A stretch of DNA of 64,000 bases from Phormidesmis sp. (GTDB lineage: Bacteria; Cyanobacteriota; Cyanobacteriia; Leptolyngbyales; Leptolyngbyaceae): contig CBDFJR010000005.1 in assembly GCA_965248535.1 (NCBI GenBank), forward strand, positions 1,664,001 to 1,728,000, read 5' to 3'. The notes beneath the pieces are model-generated. The model did no database searches. It was not told where the DNA came from and saw nothing but the letters and a program-made list of their open reading frames with translations. Positions within the stretch are counted from its first letter, which is position 1, and each line of letters begins with the position of its first letter. Below, in pieces: positions 50,958-61,532 of the stretch. The position numbers were made by a program, and so were the translations under genes.

Positions 50958-52348
50958 TTACTGCACGGTTACGGTCACTTCGGCAGACATACCTGGCGTG
51001 ATAAACGACTCATAGCCACGAACGCTGTCGGCATCCAGCGTCACCTTAACCGGAACTCGCTGCACAACTTTTGTAAAGTTGCCCGTCGCATTATCGGGAG
51101 GCAAGAGCGCAAACGAAGCTCCCGACGCAGGCGATAAACTCTCAAGATGTCCTTTAAAAATCTTGCCCGGAAACGAGTCTAGCTTGACCTCAGCCACCTG
51201 TCCCGGACGCATTTTTTCTAGCTGCGTCTCTTTAAAGTTAGCCGTTAGCCAATACTGGTTATCGACGATCGCCAGCAGTGGCGTGCCGGGCTGAACCGAC
51301 TGACCAACCTGCACGGTTTTGCGACCCACCCGACCTGCAACCGGAGCCGTGATGTTGGTGTAAGAAAGCTGTAGCGCCGCATTTTTAAGGGCAACTTGTG
51401 CCTGATTAATCGCCGCCTGCGCCGTCTGATAATCGCTGCGGCTAACCGTGGTTTGCACATTTTTAGCCTGCGCTTCTTGCACCCCACCCTGCGAAGAACT
51501 CAACCCAGCTTGCGCCGTCGCCACGCCCTGTTGAGCTTGGGCCAATTTCGCCTGAGCCTGAGTCACGCCTTGATTGGCTGCCGCTTTCTGAGCACTTGCT
51601 ACTGAAAAAGCCTGTTGAGCCGTGTCTAGATCGCGACGAGCGATCGCGCCAGATTGATAAAGATCCTGAAAGCGGCTTAGGTCAGTCTGAGCTTTTTTTA
51701 GGTTGGCATCGGTCTGAGCCACTTGAGCCTGCGCTTGAGGAATGCCCGATTGAGCTTCGGCCACTTGAGCTTGGGCGCTAGCGATCGCTGCCACTGCGCT
51801 GCCGATTCCCCCTTGAGCCTGGGTGTTGGCAGCCTGGGCGTTTTGAGCCGCCAGAGTCAATATTCACCTGAGCCGTGGTTGCCTTGCGCCGAGCCGACTC
51901 TAGATCCGCCTGAGCTTGCTGGAGCTTAATTTGATAATCACGGGGATCAAGTTTGATCAGAGACTGCCCAGCGCTGACGGTCTGGTTATCATCAACTAAC
52001 ACCTGATCAACTGTGCCCGCCAAACGCGAACTGATGGAGTGAATGTTGCCCGTCACCGTCGCGTTGTCGGTCGATTGGTGAGTCGAGGCAAATTGCCAAT
52101 AGTGATAGCCAAAGCCACCCGCCACGATCGCTCCTCCCAAACCTACCCCAGCTAAAATCGCTTTGAGGGGTCTTTTGCGAGGGGCCGCAGGGCGCTTCAG
52201 TTTCAGGAGCCACCGGACGATCGACCACGATCGCAGTTTCGGCAACCGGGGCTTTTTCCAACACGATCGTGGGCAAGTTGGACAGATCAGTGGTCTCTGG
52301 AGTGATTGGTTTATGACCGTTGCTAGTTTGAGTGCGAATGCCTTTCAT
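50958..52348 (-). pseudogene. EmrA/HlyD-family adaptor broken by two +1 frameshifts (pseudogene or assembly error)
   Basis: Three ORF pieces join as ...ETEAP|AAPRKRP...QVNI|TLAAQ...LPPDNATGNFTKVVQRVPV; shifts near 52190 and 51858. Confidence 0.8.
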
Positions 52349-52419
52349 GAGAATGACGTTCCTGGGTTGTAGACGAGGGTTAAAAGGGTTGATCTTAAAA
52401 AGTCGGGAGTTAAAACTTT

Positions 52420-52483
52420 TACTTAGCGCTCTAAATATCTCACTACAAACAGAGTAACATACTCTTATTTAGAGTGCGTAGTA
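52420..52483. promoter_or_regulatory. Two 18-bp pseudo-palindromic operator boxes
   Basis: TACTTAGCGCTCTAAATA and TATTTAGAGTGCGTAGTA, inverted relative to each other, upstream of the efflux genes. Confidence 0.55.
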
Positions 52484-52699
52484 CTTTAGACGGAAATCCC
52501 CCTGACCTTGTAGAGCTTCCCGTATCGGCTCACACAAAGAGTTCCCTCCCACGGCTCAATCTCACTCGACTGGTTCCCCCGATCGGATGACCCCGCTAAT
52601 TTTCTTTACCCATCACAATAAGGAAATGCCGTTACATTATTCTGAAGATTAGGGTTATACCCATTTCGGATGCAATTGCGACTGATCGTTCAATCTGAC

Positions 52700-52756
52700 G
52701 GGGCACGGCATGCCATGCCCCTACGCTTTTTGTACGGGCATGGCACTGCCGTGCCC
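52700..52756. repeat. Inverted doublet of GTAG-type REP elements
   Basis: GGGGCACGGCATGCCATGCCCCTAC and GTACGGGCATGGCACTGCCGTGCCC. Confidence 0.75.
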
Positions 52757-52857
52757 TCGTGCGGATCTGTCGCATTCACAAATCGTCACTCCTTAATCAC
52801 CGCTTGAATAATGACCTAAGCAATCTTGTTAAAACATCGCCCCTAGAGACTCAACCA

Positions 52858-54048
52858 ATGGATGGGAATCAAATAGTTCAGCCCGTCAGTGATCTGCAAA
52901 TTCAGCTTCAGCAGCTACAGCAAACGATCGCCTGCTTGCCTCAGACCGAGGAGCAATCAACTCATCTCAATCACCTGTTTCAGAATTTTTTGAGTCGGCT
53001 GCAAAAAATTGAGGCATCAGACCGTTCACCCGGTGAGCAGACCTTAAGAGCAAGCGAAGAAAAATGGCGCGCCCTCAGCGCATGTTCGCCAGTCGGCATT
53101 TTTACCTGCGATGTCAGCGGACACTTTACCTACACCAATCCTCGCTGCCACGAAATCGGCGGCTTCACTCTAGAAGCCAGTCTAGGAGATGGGTTGGCTA
53201 CGGGGATTCATGCTGAAGACCGCGATCGCGTCATCTCTCAGTGGTGTCACCAAGCTCAAACCGGGCAACCCCACGCCGATGAATTTCGCTTGGTCAACCC
53301 TGAAGGCGATGTGCGGTGGGTGCAGGTGAGAACGGCCCCGATCGTCTCTAGCGACGGCACCGTCGCTGGTCACACAGGCACCCTCGAAGACATCACCAAG
53401 CAAAAGCAAGCCGAAGAGCAAATAAAAGCCTCTTTGAGAGAGAAAGAAGCGCTTCTAAAAGAGATTCATCATCGCGTCAAGAACAATTTGCAGATTATTT
53501 CTAGCCTGATTTATCTCCAGGCACAGCGCATCGATGATCCTAGAGTGCGGCAAATCTTTGAAGACAGCCAAAGCCGAATTAGCTCAATGGCCTTAGTTCA
53601 CGATCATCTCTATCGATCGCAGTGTTTATCTAGAATTAATTTGTCAGAATATATTCAAACCCTGACAGCAAGCCTTTTTTATACCTACCGACTTCAGTCT
53701 GATGGGGTGCAGTTAAACGTAGCGGTTGACGATAACGTCTTGGTGAGTTTAGACAGAGCGATTCCCTGTGGTTTAGTGCTGAATGAATTGATGACCAACG
53801 CCCTCAAGCATGGCTTTTCAAACGGCACAACAGGCGAAATTGTCGTCACTTTAAAAAAACCGTTGACTAATCAAATTCAGTTAACCGTTGAAAACGACGG
53901 AAATGATCTACCAGAGCCATTTGAACTCAAAACGATTCAATCAATGGGGTTGCGACTTGTACACGGGCTTGTCAGCCAATTACAAGGGCATTTTGAACTA
54001 GACAAAACCGATAAAACTCGCTTTAAAGTCACGTTTAATGATTTCTGA
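52858..54048 (+). CDS. PAS domain HisKA_2-type sensor kinase
   Basis: PAS with [32 protein letters not shown]; start inferred at MDGNQ. Confidence 0.9.
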   Translation: MDGNQIVQPVSDLQIQLQQLQQTIACLPQTEEQSTHLNHLFQNFLSRLQKIEASDRSPGEQTLRASEEKWRALSACSPVGIFTCDVSGHFTYTNPRCHEIGGFTLEASLGDGLATGIHAEDRDRVISQWCHQAQTGQPHADEFRLVNPEGDVRWVQVRTAPIVSSDGTVAGHTGTLEDITKQKQAEEQIKASLREKEALLKEIHHRVKNNLQIISSLIYLQAQRIDDPRVRQIFEDSQSRISSMALVHDHLYRSQCLSRINLSEYIQTLTASLFYTYRLQSDGVQLNVAVDDNVLVSLDRAIPCGLVLNELMTNALKHGFSNGTTGEIVVTLKKPLTNQIQLTVENDGNDLPEPFELKTIQSMGLRLVHGLVSQLQGHFELDKTDKTRFKVTFNDF

Positions 54049-54324
54049 ATAGCCCTACAATGCTCTAAGCAGATTAGCGATCGCACCTCTCTAATCTGTT
54101 GTTAATCTCCCCTTAAATACTCTGAGGGGAAGTTTCTATAGGGCTGATGTCATCATGGGTCAGTCTTGATCCTCAATTGCACCTATCGCCTGATTTCACT
54201 GCACGCGCCGAAGTAGTCTGATCACTTCCCAAATTTAGCCCCTCATTTCATTAAATTTAGTGAAATGGGTTAGCTAATCGTGGAATTAAACGGTTAGAAA
54301 CTGCCACACCATAAATCTGCGAGC

Positions 54325-55656
54325 ATGGCAACAATATTAGTGGTTGAGGATGAAAGCGTAGTCGCGTGGCATGTGCAAGAAGCGTTGCATAAGTTAGGCC
54401 ACGAAGTGATTAAAATTGCCACAACGGGCCGAGAGGCGATTCAACTGGCGGCTCAAACCCGACCGCACTTGGTGTTGATGGACATTCGATTACAAGGCGA
54501 TGTAGATGGGGTTGCTGCCGCAGAAAATATCTACTTTCAGTTAGATATCCCTGTGGTTTATCTGACGGCCCATGCTGATGAACAAACGCTGCAACGGGCC
54601 ACCGAAACGTCTCCTTTTGGGTATCTCGTCAAGCCTTTTCAAGAGGCAGAACTGCAAGCAACCATCAAGATCGCGCTCCAACGACACCAATTAGAACAAG
54701 CCCTAAAAGACACGCAGCAGTGGTATGCGACGACATTGATTAGCATTGGAGATGCGACGATCGCCACCGACGTTGATGGTCTGGTCACCTTTATGAATCC
54801 CACCGCCGAAATTCTCACGGGCTGGAACCAAGAGCAGGCCCTCGGAGCATTCATCACGCAGATTTTAGACTTTATAGACGAAAAAACGAGAAAGCCGATC
54901 GAGAATCCTTTATTAGCGGCCATGTGTCAAGGCGACACAGTGACGCTGCCCCAAGGCTCGCTGCTGCGCGCTAGAGACGGCATCGAACGCCCGATCGGAG
55001 ACAGCGCCTCCCCGATCCGCAATCGAGATGGGCTGATCATCGGTGGCGTGATGGTGTTTCAAGATATGAGCGATCGCCGCCGCGTTGAGGCCAATTTACA
55101 GCAGCAAAACCAATGGTTAGCGCACAGTCAAGACCAGTTAACGCTTCAGCTATGCCAGCGCAATGAGCAGCTTCAGCAGGCGATTTCCTGCACGCAATTG
55201 CTGCAACGGGTTTTAGAGCAGTCTCACGAGACGACCGATCGGCTACAAGTGTTGCAACTGACGCTCAAAGAGTTAGGGCAGACCTTAGAGGCAGATTATT
55301 GCTGGGCAACGTTGCACAACAAAGACTCTACGATCGCGACGGTGGTCTGTGATCAGGTGGGTCAAGAAACCGCGCTTCCAGTGGCTCTAGTCGGCAGCCA
55401 GACTGAGCTACAGAGTTTTTCTAGCTTTTATTTGCGGCTGTTTCAGCACCAGTGCTGGGTTGACCCTAGCCCAGACTTGCTGCCACCGATCTATCGATCG
55501 CTGCTCGGCTCAACGACGCAAATGCTGATCTGCCCGATTCAAGCCGAGGGGCGAGTAATTGGAGAAATCGGCCTTGTGGTGCCAGGAAAACCCGTTTGGT
55601 CACGGCTTCAGGCAGAGCTAGTGGCCCAAGTGGTGAGTCAAGCGGCGATCGTGTAG
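54325..55656 (+). CDS. REC-PAS-GAF response regulator
   Basis: ILVVEDE, LMDIRL and YLVKPF; PAS FMNPTAEILTGW; GAF-like C-terminus. Confidence 0.85.
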   Translation: MATILVVEDESVVAWHVQEALHKLGHEVIKIATTGREAIQLAAQTRPHLVLMDIRLQGDVDGVAAAENIYFQLDIPVVYLTAHADEQTLQRATETSPFGYLVKPFQEAELQATIKIALQRHQLEQALKDTQQWYATTLISIGDATIATDVDGLVTFMNPTAEILTGWNQEQALGAFITQILDFIDEKTRKPIENPLLAAMCQGDTVTLPQGSLLRARDGIERPIGDSASPIRNRDGLIIGGVMVFQDMSDRRRVEANLQQQNQWLAHSQDQLTLQLCQRNEQLQQAISCTQLLQRVLEQSHETTDRLQVLQLTLKELGQTLEADYCWATLHNKDSTIATVVCDQVGQETALPVALVGSQTELQSFSSFYLRLFQHQCWVDPSPDLLPPIYRSLLGSTTQMLICPIQAEGRVIGEIGLVVPGKPVWSRLQAELVAQVVSQAAIV

Positions 55657-55739
55657 CCAGTTCGATGCAATCTTCCACAGCAGTTGTCAGCCGGGAAGCC
55701 CTCACCGAACCGACTTTAAAGAAGATCAGACTGATCTCA

Positions 55740-56912
55740 TTAATATTCTGGCACCGCAGCATCAACCTCTTGGCTCCAGGCAGTGATCCCGCCTTTCACA
55801 TTGGTGCCTTCAATGCCAGCCTCTTTGAGAATGGCCAAGGCTTTTGCTGATCGTCCGCCCAGCTTGCAGTGAGCGATCAGCTTGTGACCTTTGAGCAACT
55901 CTTTGACTTTTGCGACTCCGCTGCCGTTTTCAATATCGGGCAACGGCACCAACACAGAACCCGGAATGCGCGCAATCTCATACTCATTAGGATTTCGCAC
56001 ATCTAGCAGCACATAGTCATTTGTGCCACTGTCGATTAACTGCTTCAACTCTTGCACTGTCATTTCTGCCATGCCTGCACGCTCCTTTTCTTCGGCTGCT
56101 TTTGCTTGCGGAATGCCACAAAACTCTTCATAGTCGATCAGCGTCTCAATCACCGGGCGCACGGGGTTGGGTCGCAGCTTTAGCTCACGAAACTTCATTT
56201 CTAGCGCATTGTATAGCAGCAATCGCCCGCTTAAGGTGTTGCCCTGCCCCAGAATAATCTTGATCGCCTCGGTCGCTTGAATCGTGCCGATAATGCCGCA
56301 CAAAACGCCTAGCACGCCGCCTTCTGCACAGGAGGGCACGAGTCCGGGGGGTGGGGGTTCGGGATACAAGTCGCGATAGTTGGGCCCTCCTTCATAGTTG
56401 AAGACGGTTGCCTGGCCTTCAAATCTAAAGATAGAGCCATAAACGTTGGGTTTGCCCAACAAAACGCAGACATCGTTGACCAAATAGCGAGTCGGGAAGT
56501 TGTCGGTGCCGTCAATCACAAGGTCATAGGGTTCGGCGATCGCCAAAGCATTTTCAGCACTTAGCCGCGTCTCATGGAGATCAACCTGACAGGTCGGATT
56601 GATTTCTAGAATGCGGTGTTTGGCTGATTCGATCTTAGGTTTATCGACCCAAGACACGCCGTGAATAATTTGGCGATGCAAATTAGACATATCTACTACG
56701 TCAAAATCGACGATGCCGATACGCCCGATGCCTGCGGCCGCAAGATAGAGCAACAGGGGTGAGCCAAGTCCGCCTGTGCCGACGCAGAGCACGCTGGCAG
56801 CTTTGAGGCGTTTTTGTCCGTCTAGCCCGACTTCTGGCAAGATGACGTGCCGAGAATAACGAGCGTATTCGTCTTTTGATAACTGGATGTCGTCCAGATT
56901 GGGGTTCAGCAT
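55740..56912 (-). CDS. moeB: MoeB/MoeZ adenylyltransferase with rhodanese domain
   Basis: RYSRH, GTGGLG, DGTDNF, SCAEGG and HCKLGGRS. Confidence 0.93.
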   Translation of the reverse strand: MLNPNLDDIQLSKDEYARYSRHVILPEVGLDGQKRLKAASVLCVGTGGLGSPLLLYLAAAGIGRIGIVDFDVVDMSNLHRQIIHGVSWVDKPKIESAKHRILEINPTCQVDLHETRLSAENALAIAEPYDLVIDGTDNFPTRYLVNDVCVLLGKPNVYGSIFRFEGQATVFNYEGGPNYRDLYPEPPPPGLVPSCAEGGVLGVLCGIIGTIQATEAIKIILGQGNTLSGRLLLYNALEMKFRELKLRPNPVRPVIETLIDYEEFCGIPQAKAAEEKERAGMAEMTVQELKQLIDSGTNDYVLLDVRNPNEYEIARIPGSVLVPLPDIENGSGVAKVKELLKGHKLIAHCKLGGRSAKALAILKEAGIEGTNVKGGITAWSQEVDAAVPEY

Positions 56913-56999
56913 GGCGGTGTGATTAAGACAGGTTCGATCGGAGAGATTTAAACTCAGGCTTCAAACAGGGTAACGGGGAACGGGTTGTTGTGGAACTGA

Positions 57000-57509
57000 T
57001 CACCCATTACCCATGCTCATTCGCTCCCCGCTTTGGGTGGGCATCTCGGCAGCCGACAACTGCAAAATCTTTTCTGGCTGAAACTGATGATGAGCATCTA
57101 AGCGCCAACTACGCCCGTCGATCGTGACTCCTTTTTTAACCGACACAATCACATAGGAGTAGTGTTGCCAGGCAAGCTGACGATCGCACTCTGAGGGCAC
57201 AGCAGGCTGATCGGGGTGGGAGTGATAAATGCCGACAATTTCTAGGTGGCGATCGCGCCCTTCTCGCATGGCGGTGAGCATTGATTGAGGGGCAATCTCA
57301 TAGCGGCGGGTTTTGCCAAACGATTTGACGGGTGCGATCGTGGCTTCAGCACTCCAGGCATTTTCGGTTGGTTTGACGACTACGATCGTGGTGCCTGTGG
57401 AGTCAACCGTTCCCAATAGCAAACCGCAGCACTCTTCTGGGTAGGTGCTTTCGGCATGGGCGGCGATCGTTTGAAGGTGGTGAGCGTCGAGTTTAAGAAC
57501 CACAAGCAA
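57000..57509 (-). CDS. M67/JAB (Mov34/MPN) metallopeptidase
   Basis: PEECCGLL and YHSHP...PS..D. Confidence 0.92.
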   Translation of the reverse strand: MLVVLKLDAHHLQTIAAHAESTYPEECCGLLLGTVDSTGTTIVVVKPTENAWSAEATIAPVKSFGKTRRYEIAPQSMLTAMREGRDRHLEIVGIYHSHPDQPAVPSECDRQLAWQHYSYVIVSVKKGVTIDGRSWRLDAHHQFQPEKILQLSAAEMPTQSGERMSMGNG

Positions 57510-57813
57510 GGCTGGAGATTGAACCAGTCTTCTATTCTATGACACGATCGCGCCAGCAGCGATTACGGAGTTATAAAGAGACCTGCGATCGGGCTTTAAG
57601 TTGGGAAAACAGGCGTTGGCCAAACAGGCTCACGATACCCACTTGGTTGCTGCAATGCTCCTTCACGAGATTCTACAAATCTTGACATTTGACGTTCAAG
57701 ACTTTTAAAGATTTGCCGAGATTGCAGTCATTAATCCAAGACTGCTGTAAGCCGTGTTGAATCTTGTCCTTAACCGCTAAGATCGCACTAAAACTAGCTT
57801 TTTAGCCAAAACC

Positions 57814-58488
57814 ATGAGGCGAGTGGACACGATCGTAGCCGGAGTGCTCTTAGGCATGGGATTGCCGACTAGTTTTGTGTGCATTTGGAATCTGGTTCAG
57901 CCGAGTGATTCTCTCACCGAAGCGGCGCGATCGCTAAACATTGCCGCGCTGATCTTTTATGGAATTTTGCCCATCGCGATCGGCAGTTGGTTTGCCTTCA
58001 ACAGCACTCGTCAACGTCAAAAATCAGAGCGCGATCGCTTGCAGAAAACCTTTTTCAACCTATTGCGCGAAGCGAACGGAACGATTAACGTTTTGCGCTT
58101 TGCAATGGAAGCGAATATCAGTGGTGTCGAAGCAAAAGCTTTTTTAGATGAGCGGGCAAAAGAATTTAATGCTGCGTTTAATGTCAGCGAAGAAGGTCGA
58201 GTTTTCTATTACTTTGATGGCGAGTTAAACTCACCTATTCTCAGCCCGATCGCGAGTGAAGAAACCTACGATGTTGTCTTAGAGTATGTGCCCCCTCGCA
58301 CTCGCCAAGATGTAATGAGCGTGATTCAACACCTCACAGGGTGGGATGAAAAACAGACGAGACAAGTGATTAAAGGCAGTCGCGCTAGCCCGATCACGAT
58401 CGCTGAAAATGTCACAATATCGACGGCTAGACAGTTTCGTCATCAGCTAGAGTCGGTCGGTGCTCGTGTTTTGATTGTGTTGAGATAG
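57814..58488 (+). CDS. Membrane protein with C-terminal L7/L12-like domain
   Basis: Two TM helices; YDVVLE..IQHLTGW....LESVGARV. Confidence 0.7.
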   Translation: MRRVDTIVAGVLLGMGLPTSFVCIWNLVQPSDSLTEAARSLNIAALIFYGILPIAIGSWFAFNSTRQRQKSERDRLQKTFFNLLREANGTINVLRFAMEANISGVEAKAFLDERAKEFNAAFNVSEEGRVFYYFDGELNSPILSPIASEETYDVVLEYVPPRTRQDVMSVIQHLTGWDEKQTRQVIKGSRASPITIAENVTISTARQFRHQLESVGARVLIVLR

Positions 58489-58502
58489 GGTTAAAAAATT
58501 TT

Positions 58503-58886
58503 ATGATGACGAGACTTTTTTTGACGATCGCGGCTCTACTCGGCGGGTCAGCCGTTGGGTTTGGGGCGTTTGCTGCCCACGCCTTAAAAGAGCGACTGAG
58601 TGAGCGATCGCTAGAGATTTTTGAAACCGCCGCCCGCTATCAGATGTATCACGCACTGGCGCTGCTGTTAGTTGGCGTGTTGATGACGCGATCAACCACA
58701 GAATCGCCCTTTCTAACGGCCTCTGGTTTGGCGTTTATCATCGGCGTTGTGCTTTTTTGCGGCAGTTTGTATGCCCTGAGCTTTTTGGGCATCAAATGGC
58801 TGGGAGCGGTTGCGCCGCTGGGCGGGTTGGCTTTGATAATTGGCTGGGTCTTGATCGCGATCGCCGCTTGGAATTACAAGTTGTGA
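58503..58886 (+). CDS. DUF423 family membrane protein
   Basis: GAFAAH, YQMYHALAL, FCGSLY and APLGG. Confidence 0.92.
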   Translation: MMTRLFLTIAALLGGSAVGFGAFAAHALKERLSERSLEIFETAARYQMYHALALLLVGVLMTRSTTESPFLTASGLAFIIGVVLFCGSLYALSFLGIKWLGAVAPLGGLALIIGWVLIAIAAWNYKL

Positions 58887-59377
58887 ATCGCTCCAAACTC
58901 TTCTTAAAACTTAGCATCACTGCGTTCTTGATTTCAATCATTTTGGGGATTGGGGGAATCACGATCGCCGACCTGGGTGAGTTAGTTCACTTCAACTGTC
59001 GCCCTCACCCTGGCAAAGTGATCTGTGAACTCACTAACGAGCCGCTAATAGGCACTCTGAACACCCTTTATCTTGCTAAATCTGACCTAATTAAGACTAA
59101 CGTGCAGACGGAATCGAGCGTTTATGGTGATCCCGTTGCTCGATTGGCCTTAATCACAAAAGCACACGGCGAGATTCCGTTTACCCGCCATGGGTCGAAA
59201 ACTGCCAATGCTCAACTCTTTGCCCAACGTGACCAGATTGACCGATTTATCACGACTCCGCAAGCCAAAATCTTGAGTGCGCGAACCCATCGACCCTGGC
59301 AGCTTTGGGCTTTTTTAGTCGGCTTGGGAATCGTGAGTGGAACGTTTGGGAGAATGCTCTGGTTATCAAAGTCTTAA
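58883..59377 (+). CDS. Hypothetical membrane protein
   Basis: GTG start overlapping the previous stop; TM helices at both ends. Confidence 0.6.
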   Translation: MNRSKLFLKLSITAFLISIILGIGGITIADLGELVHFNCRPHPGKVICELTNEPLIGTLNTLYLAKSDLIKTNVQTESSVYGDPVARLALITKAHGEIPFTRHGSKTANAQLFAQRDQIDRFITTPQAKILSARTHRPWQLWAFLVGLGIVSGTFGRMLWLSKS

Positions 59378-59466
59378 TAAAACTAACTCGCCAACGACAA
59401 CGCGAATCAGAAAAATGACTTCAGCCTAAGATTGCTAGAATTAAGTCAAGAAATCAGGAAAAAAGA

Positions 59467-59721
59467 ATGAACCAGATATTAAAAGTTTTGAGTGCAATCT
59501 CTCCTCAACATCGACATCAGATCTTAGAGGAAGCTCGGCAGCAAAGGAGTGTCAATTCCACGTTGTTCAAGCCAGATGGTTCTGCTCGTTCTTGCTCAAC
59601 CTGCTCTTATCTCATGCTCGGAGTCAAATTCGGTGAGCCAAATACTTGCAATGCCTTCCATCGTCCGACCGATAACCTTTGTGTCTCGATCGAGTGTCCC
59701 GACTGGGAGTTAAAAGGGTGA
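59467..59721 (+). CDS. Small Cys-rich hypothetical protein
   Basis: AGGA RBS; CSTC...C...C...CPDW. Confidence 0.55.
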   Translation: MNQILKVLSAISPQHRHQILEEARQQRSVNSTLFKPDGSARSCSTCSYLMLGVKFGEPNTCNAFHRPTDNLCVSIECPDWELKG

Positions 59722-59791
59722 CGAGATTTAAGAGGGGTGAGCCGCAAACGATGGGAGGGTCGCACCTTTACGACACTGACTAATCTTGCTA

Positions 59792-60340
59792 TCAAACTGG
59801 TTTAAACTTCGACATAAACTGTATCCATGAGTTCACCTTGCCACCCGTAATATTTAGAATTGGAATGCTGTAAGTTTTAGAAGGACAGGCTCTGCCTCCA
59901 CGAGAACACTCAACCGTTGTAGTTTCTGCTTTTCCAGATCCGTAGGCGATCGCGATATCGTTGGCTAAATCACAGCTAATCTCAAAAGTGCCAATACGTG
60001 TACGACCTCCTCCATTTTTGTCATAAATCCAGTTGTAGCCTGTTCGCTGCGGCTCCGTCTGGCAAAGGTGCTGAGTAACTTCAAACATCTTGGCAACATG
60101 GACATCATAAAGTTTGAGTTTCCCGCCATAGGCTGGACGACTAACATCTTTATCTGGCACATCTAAGAAAAAGGTTTCGCTGTCTGACCAGTGAATCGTC
60201 ATCGGAAGCTCGGTATTTTGTGCTACCGTCTGTTGGCTGAAACCAGCAAGCGAGATTATTGTTCCCATAACAACTAAGCCAAACAGATTACTCAAATTTG
60301 CCTTAGTTGACCCCGATCGAGTTTCAGATTTGTTGGACAT
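59792..60340 (-). CDS. Hypothetical exported protein
   Basis: Signal-like hydrophobic N-terminus; 182 aa. Confidence 0.7.
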   Translation of the reverse strand: MSNKSETRSGSTKANLSNLFGLVVMGTIISLAGFSQQTVAQNTELPMTIHWSDSETFFLDVPDKDVSRPAYGGKLKLYDVHVAKMFEVTQHLCQTEPQRTGYNWIYDKNGGGRTRIGTFEISCDLANDIAIAYGSGKAETTTVECSRGGRACPSKTYSIPILNITGGKVNSWIQFMSKFKPV

Positions 60341-60555
60341 GAATATCGTGCCTTTAGCTTATTTTGAAAAATCTTGTTTATCACTCAGTTCTCACAACTG
60401 GCTAGTCGGTCTAGCTCAGTGCTGAACCCGAATAGAAGCATCCCGCTAATCCTTCCATATAATCTCTCAAGAAAGGGTTACCGGGCAGAAACTTTAGAAT
60501 TCTTATAAGTGAAAATACGGCTCTTCCTGTACTTTAAGAAACCTAATCTACGGCA

Positions 60556-60888
60556 TCACTCTTCACCTTCCCCTAGAACAAGAATGCGATCGTCCCAGCA
60601 GCAATACCCTTCACAGTTGCGACAACTGCGAATACAACCCGTTTCTACATAGCGCTGTCCATGCTTTCTTAGGGTGGGATAAGCCAGCAAATATAGCGGA
60701 ATTCCTGTCAGCTTCCAAACCAACCGACCCAAGGAATGCAACACATCCCAGGCTTCCTCGAAGCTGGGTTCTGCAATAAACTCTTTCAGTTCTGCCGTGA
60801 ATGCGACCCATTGAGAGCGAATTGTTGGCGGATGACAGCGATCGTATATTGCCATTCCAACTCGGTAGTGCTTAAGGATCTCGAACAT
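60556..60888 (-). CDS. Hypothetical protein
   Basis: 110 aa; EEAWDVLHS and a Cys-rich tail. Confidence 0.65.
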   Translation of the reverse strand: MFEILKHYRVGMAIYDRCHPPTIRSQWVAFTAELKEFIAEPSFEEAWDVLHSLGRLVWKLTGIPLYLLAYPTLRKHGQRYVETGCIRSCRNCEGYCCWDDRILVLGEGEE

Positions 60889-60934
60889 TTAATCGTCAAT
60901 TCCGATCGCTGCTTTGATACCCACATATATAAAT

Positions 60935-61144
60935 TCAAGATTTCTCGACATCAGAAATCTGCTTGCCAGTCGGTGGGCGCTCGATCTCGCCCTCGCTGTA
61001 GCCTAAATCATAAAAACTAGCTGCGCTGGGATCGTGCTCTGGTGGACGCTTTGATTGACCTGCCCAAGCATCTTCTTTGCCACGATCGAACCACTCCTGA
61101 TTAGATTGTGAGGAATCATTATCACTCATTAGAGTTACGTCCAA
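60935..61144 (-). CDS. Small hypothetical protein
   Basis: WFDRGKEDAW..YDLGYSEG; true start may be the ATG at 61129. Confidence 0.6.
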   Translation of the reverse strand: MDVTLMSDNDSSQSNQEWFDRGKEDAWAGQSKRPPEHDPSAASFYDLGYSEGEIERPPTGKQISDVEKS

Positions 61145-61198
61145 AGGGTTTCTAACAGTCTAATTCTGGGCAAACGTTTGATGTATCGTTCTAACGGC

Positions 61199-61396
61199 TC
61201 AACCATCTGGAAACTGCCAACAGGCGATGTACTCTACACGGTTACTGCCGCAGACACAGGCTTCAGGTTTAGACGCAACCCACTCATAGTCGCACTCTCG
61301 ACAGTGGCAGAAAATATTGTGTCGATTGGCTTCCTCTAGGCTTTGCTGCCAGTCGTGTAGCTCTGTAGGCGTGAATTGAGGTTGATTGTCTGGCAT
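61199..61396 (-). CDS. Small zinc-ribbon hypothetical protein
   Basis: FCHCRECDYEW...CVCGS...ACWQFPDG. Confidence 0.7.
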   Translation of the reverse strand: MPDNQPQFTPTELHDWQQSLEEANRHNIFCHCRECDYEWVASKPEACVCGSNRVEYIACWQFPDG

Positions 61397-61532
61397 GGTT
61401 GTAGGGGTTGCAAAAGTGTTTCACGATCGTTCTCTCTACCGTCAAGAATCTCTCGAAAGTCAACCTCAATAAATCACCCCCTAAATTTAGATTCTTGTGG
61501 CACGATCGGGAAACAAATCTTCATTAACTTAA

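Noticed and set aside
55740..57509. E1-like plus JAB pair as a CBASS/Bil-type defence system
   Set aside because: The E1 is a standard MoeB-rhodanese with no E2 domain, and there is no cyclase or effector nearby. This fits housekeeping sulfur-carrier metabolism.
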